From Camelus dromedarius (taxonomy: Eukaryota): a DNA stretch of 64,000 nt. The stretch spans positions 42,100,001 through 42,164,000 of the forward strand of contig NC_087437.1 in the NCBI RefSeq assembly GCF_036321535.1, given 5' to 3'. Position numbers and translations under genes: made by a program. The notes below the pieces were generated by a model. That model ran no database searches. It worked only from the letters and a program-made list of their open reading frames with translations, and was not told where the DNA came from. This document shows, in pieces, positions 60,936 through 64,000 of this stretch (positions are counted from its first letter, which is position 1; the number at the start of each line of letters is the position of its first letter).

Positions 60936-62949
60936 TGTTGCCAGTGTTTGGTAAGGAAGAAGTGAGCTAGCAGGTGGGTTGTGACCAGATTAGCGGTGGA
61001 ACTGTGTGTGGAAATCTGGCATTATCCTTTACGCCAAGGGAGACATTTAAGGTTGCTTTCCTGTCAAGGCAGGGCACAAAAAAATGCAAGTATGTGCCTG
61101 GAGACGGGATGGTGGCACGGACGTATGAGAAGCTGTCAGAAGTAGCTTGGTTGAACAGAGGGATGAATCTGAGCCAGCAAAGCAAAATCCCTTTCCAGGG
61201 AGCCTTCTCTGAATAATTTTAAACACATCTTTTCCCCCAAAGATTAAACTACTGTTTAATATTTCCTCAGAAGGCATCTGATTATGATTCTATTTCATAT
61301 TCCTCTCTTCTTAGATGATTAGATGGTGGGTGGGGGGTGGGGTGGAGTGAAAAGCCCGTCTTTTGTTGCTTAGGCCTGTCCTGCCCCAACTCTTTATGGG
61401 GGAAGAGCAGCTATCCTCACTGTCCCCTCAGCCCCGCGTTCAAGACACCCTGATTCCCGGGGTGGCTAATTGTGATTAAGGAGTCACCTTCCCCCGGTGA
61501 GGAAGCTTTTGTTTTCAAAGTCATTCTTTTAACATATGTAGGGTCGTTTGAGAGCGAGAACACGTGTGTGTAAAGTGCATTATGGAAGGCTAGGACCTTC
61601 TGAAGCAGTGATGTATTTGGCATCTAAAATTAGATACTTTAGTAGTGGATTTTCAATCAAAATTTATAAAGAATATGCTTCTTAATTTGATTTATTCAGT
61701 ATTATCAGTGTATTGATGGATATTGCAGACTTCTGGATACTTGAAGAGATTTTCCACATCAGTCTGGCCAAAGCAGAGCTTCTCAGAGTTAAATCACTTC
61801 CCTAAATGCAAAGCATTTCTTTTGTTTAATTTGTAGAGTTTAAGATTTCAGAAACTGATATACATTGCATGGTTTGTTTGGTTTTTTTAAGTGCAGACCC
61901 TATCTAAATGTTAAGATTAACATGTTACCGCAATTTAAGAGAAAACTTCTCAAGTTTGGGTTTGGGATAGACTTTAATAAAACGTGAAGATCAGTTTTTT
62001 CTGAGGTGAATTCTTGGAATTGTTCGTCGGGTTAGTGTTTGTTTTCTTCATTAGTCCTGGGTGAGCTCTCACAGGAATTAGGAAATCATTTTCACATACT
62101 GCATTTTTTCATCCCAAAACAAAAGAAGTATTAACTACCTTAGTCCTTGTTCAGTTTTTTCACCCTCCTAGACTCACAGGTTCTTAATACTTTTACCAGA
62201 ATGCAAGAAGACATGGCCTCATTTCATTTGATCAGTTCCTCAGTTCTGTTTGTTTTGATCATAACTTTATCATTAAAACTAATTAACGTTATTATCCAGT
62301 ACATCAGCTACCCAGAGAAAATATTTTCCATGCATTTTTACTGAAACACATTTTGCATGGAGTGAAACAGTAGGATCACCTTGAAAACAAAGTGAGCTTG
62401 GCTCTGGAGGACAATAGGCAGGCAGGTGGAAGGAATTCCGTCTTGACCTCTGAGCTCTAGGCGTACCCGTGCCCAGAATAATGGGAAAGAATGACAGTCT
62501 GGACAGCAGAAAGACATTAATATAAACCTTGTAAGTGAGGGAATTTGTACACCATTGAAAAAAGACTAAGACAAAGTCTGGCTTAATTCCCTTCTCCTAA
62601 GTAGGGAAAAAAAGGCAATTTCTACCACCCTGATGACCAGTTTTTAAAAAAGATTTTTCCTCTCCAGTTGCAGAAAAATTTCTTTTCCAATCGTAAGAAA
62701 AAAAAACTCTTATATTAATACCATACGGCTATTTTACAAGACTCTTGTTGGGAGACAAGAAGAGTTTATTGTAGTCTTTGAATGTTATGTTGAGAGCCTG
62801 ACATTGCATTATCTACAAGAGACCTGGTGTAGCCTTAGTATAATAGACTCTGGGAAAAGTAAGTCTCTTCATAATGGAATTTTTGCTATACTTTATCAGA
62901 GATAAGTGTTTACTGCGTTCCAGACAGTGAGGCAGATATTCATCCAGTT

Positions 62950-64000
62950 TGGGGTTATGTATTGAGCTGATATATAAACATTTATGTGCAGGTTTTTGTG
63001 TAAACATGAACTTTTCATTTCTCTAGAGTAAAGCCCAAGAAGTGAGATTGCTGGGTCATAATGATAAGTTAATGTTAAAGTTTATAAGAAACTTAAAAAA
63101 AAAAGTTTTCCAATGTTGTTTTAATACACTTTGCATTTTGCACCAGCAAAATACGAGACTTTCAGTTGTTCCTTATCCTATTAAGCACTTTTTATTTTAG
63201 CCATTTTAATAGGGATATAGTGGTACTTCAATGTAGTTTTAATTTTCATTTTTCCTAATGGCTAATGATGTTAAACATCTTTTCGTGTGCTTATTTGCCA
63301 CGTATATATCCTCTTTGGTGGAATGTATGTTCCAGTCTTTTGCTTATCTTTTAATTGGGTTGTTTGGTTACTGTTGAGTTTTGAGCGGTCTTACACATTC
63401 TGGGTACAATTCCTTTGTCAAATATATAATTTGTAGATATTTTTCTCTGTAGCTTTTCCTCATTCTCCAAAAGTGCAAAACTGTTCAATTTTGATGAAGT
63501 CGTTTTTCAGTTTTTTTTCTTTTATGGATCATGCTTTTCACATCGTATTTAAAAGCTCTTTAATTCTAAGCAACATTTTCTCATGTTTTTTTTTCTTAAA
63601 AGTTTTATATTTTACATTCTACTTTTAGATCTATGATACATTCTGAGTTAAATTTTGAATTAAATATGAGGTTTAGATTATTGAAGTTTATTTTTCCTTT
63701 CGATATCCAATTGTTCCAATACCACTTTAGAAAGACTGTTCTTTCTTCATTGAATTACTTTCACACGTTTGTCGAAAATCTATTGGTCATATTTATGTGG
63801 ATCTATTTCTGGAATCTCTATTCTGTTGATCTTTGTGTCTGTCCCTTTACCAGTACCACACTATCTTGATGACTGTAGTTTTTACAGTAAGCTCTAAATC
63901 AAGTAGTGTGATTCTTCCAACTTTATTCTTACTTTTCAAATTTGTGTTGGCAATTTTAGTTCCTTTACCTTGCCACATAACTTTTAGAATCAGCTTATCT
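62950..64000 (-). mobile_element. Old L1 (L1M) ORF2/3' fragment running off the window end
   Basis: gagattgctgggtcata, ctaatgatgttaaacatcttttcgtgtgcttatttgcca, gatatccaattgttccaataccacttt; no intact ORF. Confidence 0.9.

Noticed and set aside
1..64000. Prokaryotic, viral or other foreign gene system
   Set aside because: The window is explained by one spliced mammalian gene plus mammalian repeats; no long intronless ORF, operon or repeat-spacer array was seen.

Overview
Mammalian genomic DNA carrying the middle of FNDC3B (fibronectin type III domain-containing 3B) on the + strand. I traced 16 consecutive GT-AG coding exons from 86 to 56276. They total 2005 nt, splice in one open frame with matching phases, and probably correspond to human exons 7-22 (numbering from memory). 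Start and stop codons lie outside the window. Introns hold ordinary eutherian repeats (L1, L2, MIR, MLT1, ERVL LTR, MER3, MER5A, other hAT MITEs) and tRNA-Ala-derived vic-1-like SINEs, which suggest a camelid. No CRISPR, prokaryotic or foreign system is evident. Most interesting: (1) a 370-bp TSD-flanked element joining an L1 5' end directly to an L1 3' tail, possibly a spliced L1 RNA, about 50 bp upstream of an exon; (2) a read-through tail GEVFGTCFIQIQ* with poly(A) signals after that same exon, giving a short anchor-less isoform; (3) a single CpG/GC3-rich exon; (4) a candidate poison exon; (5) AP-1/ETS/NRF2 motif clusters and convergent CTCF-like motifs. Repeat family names come from recalled consensus sequences, not a search.
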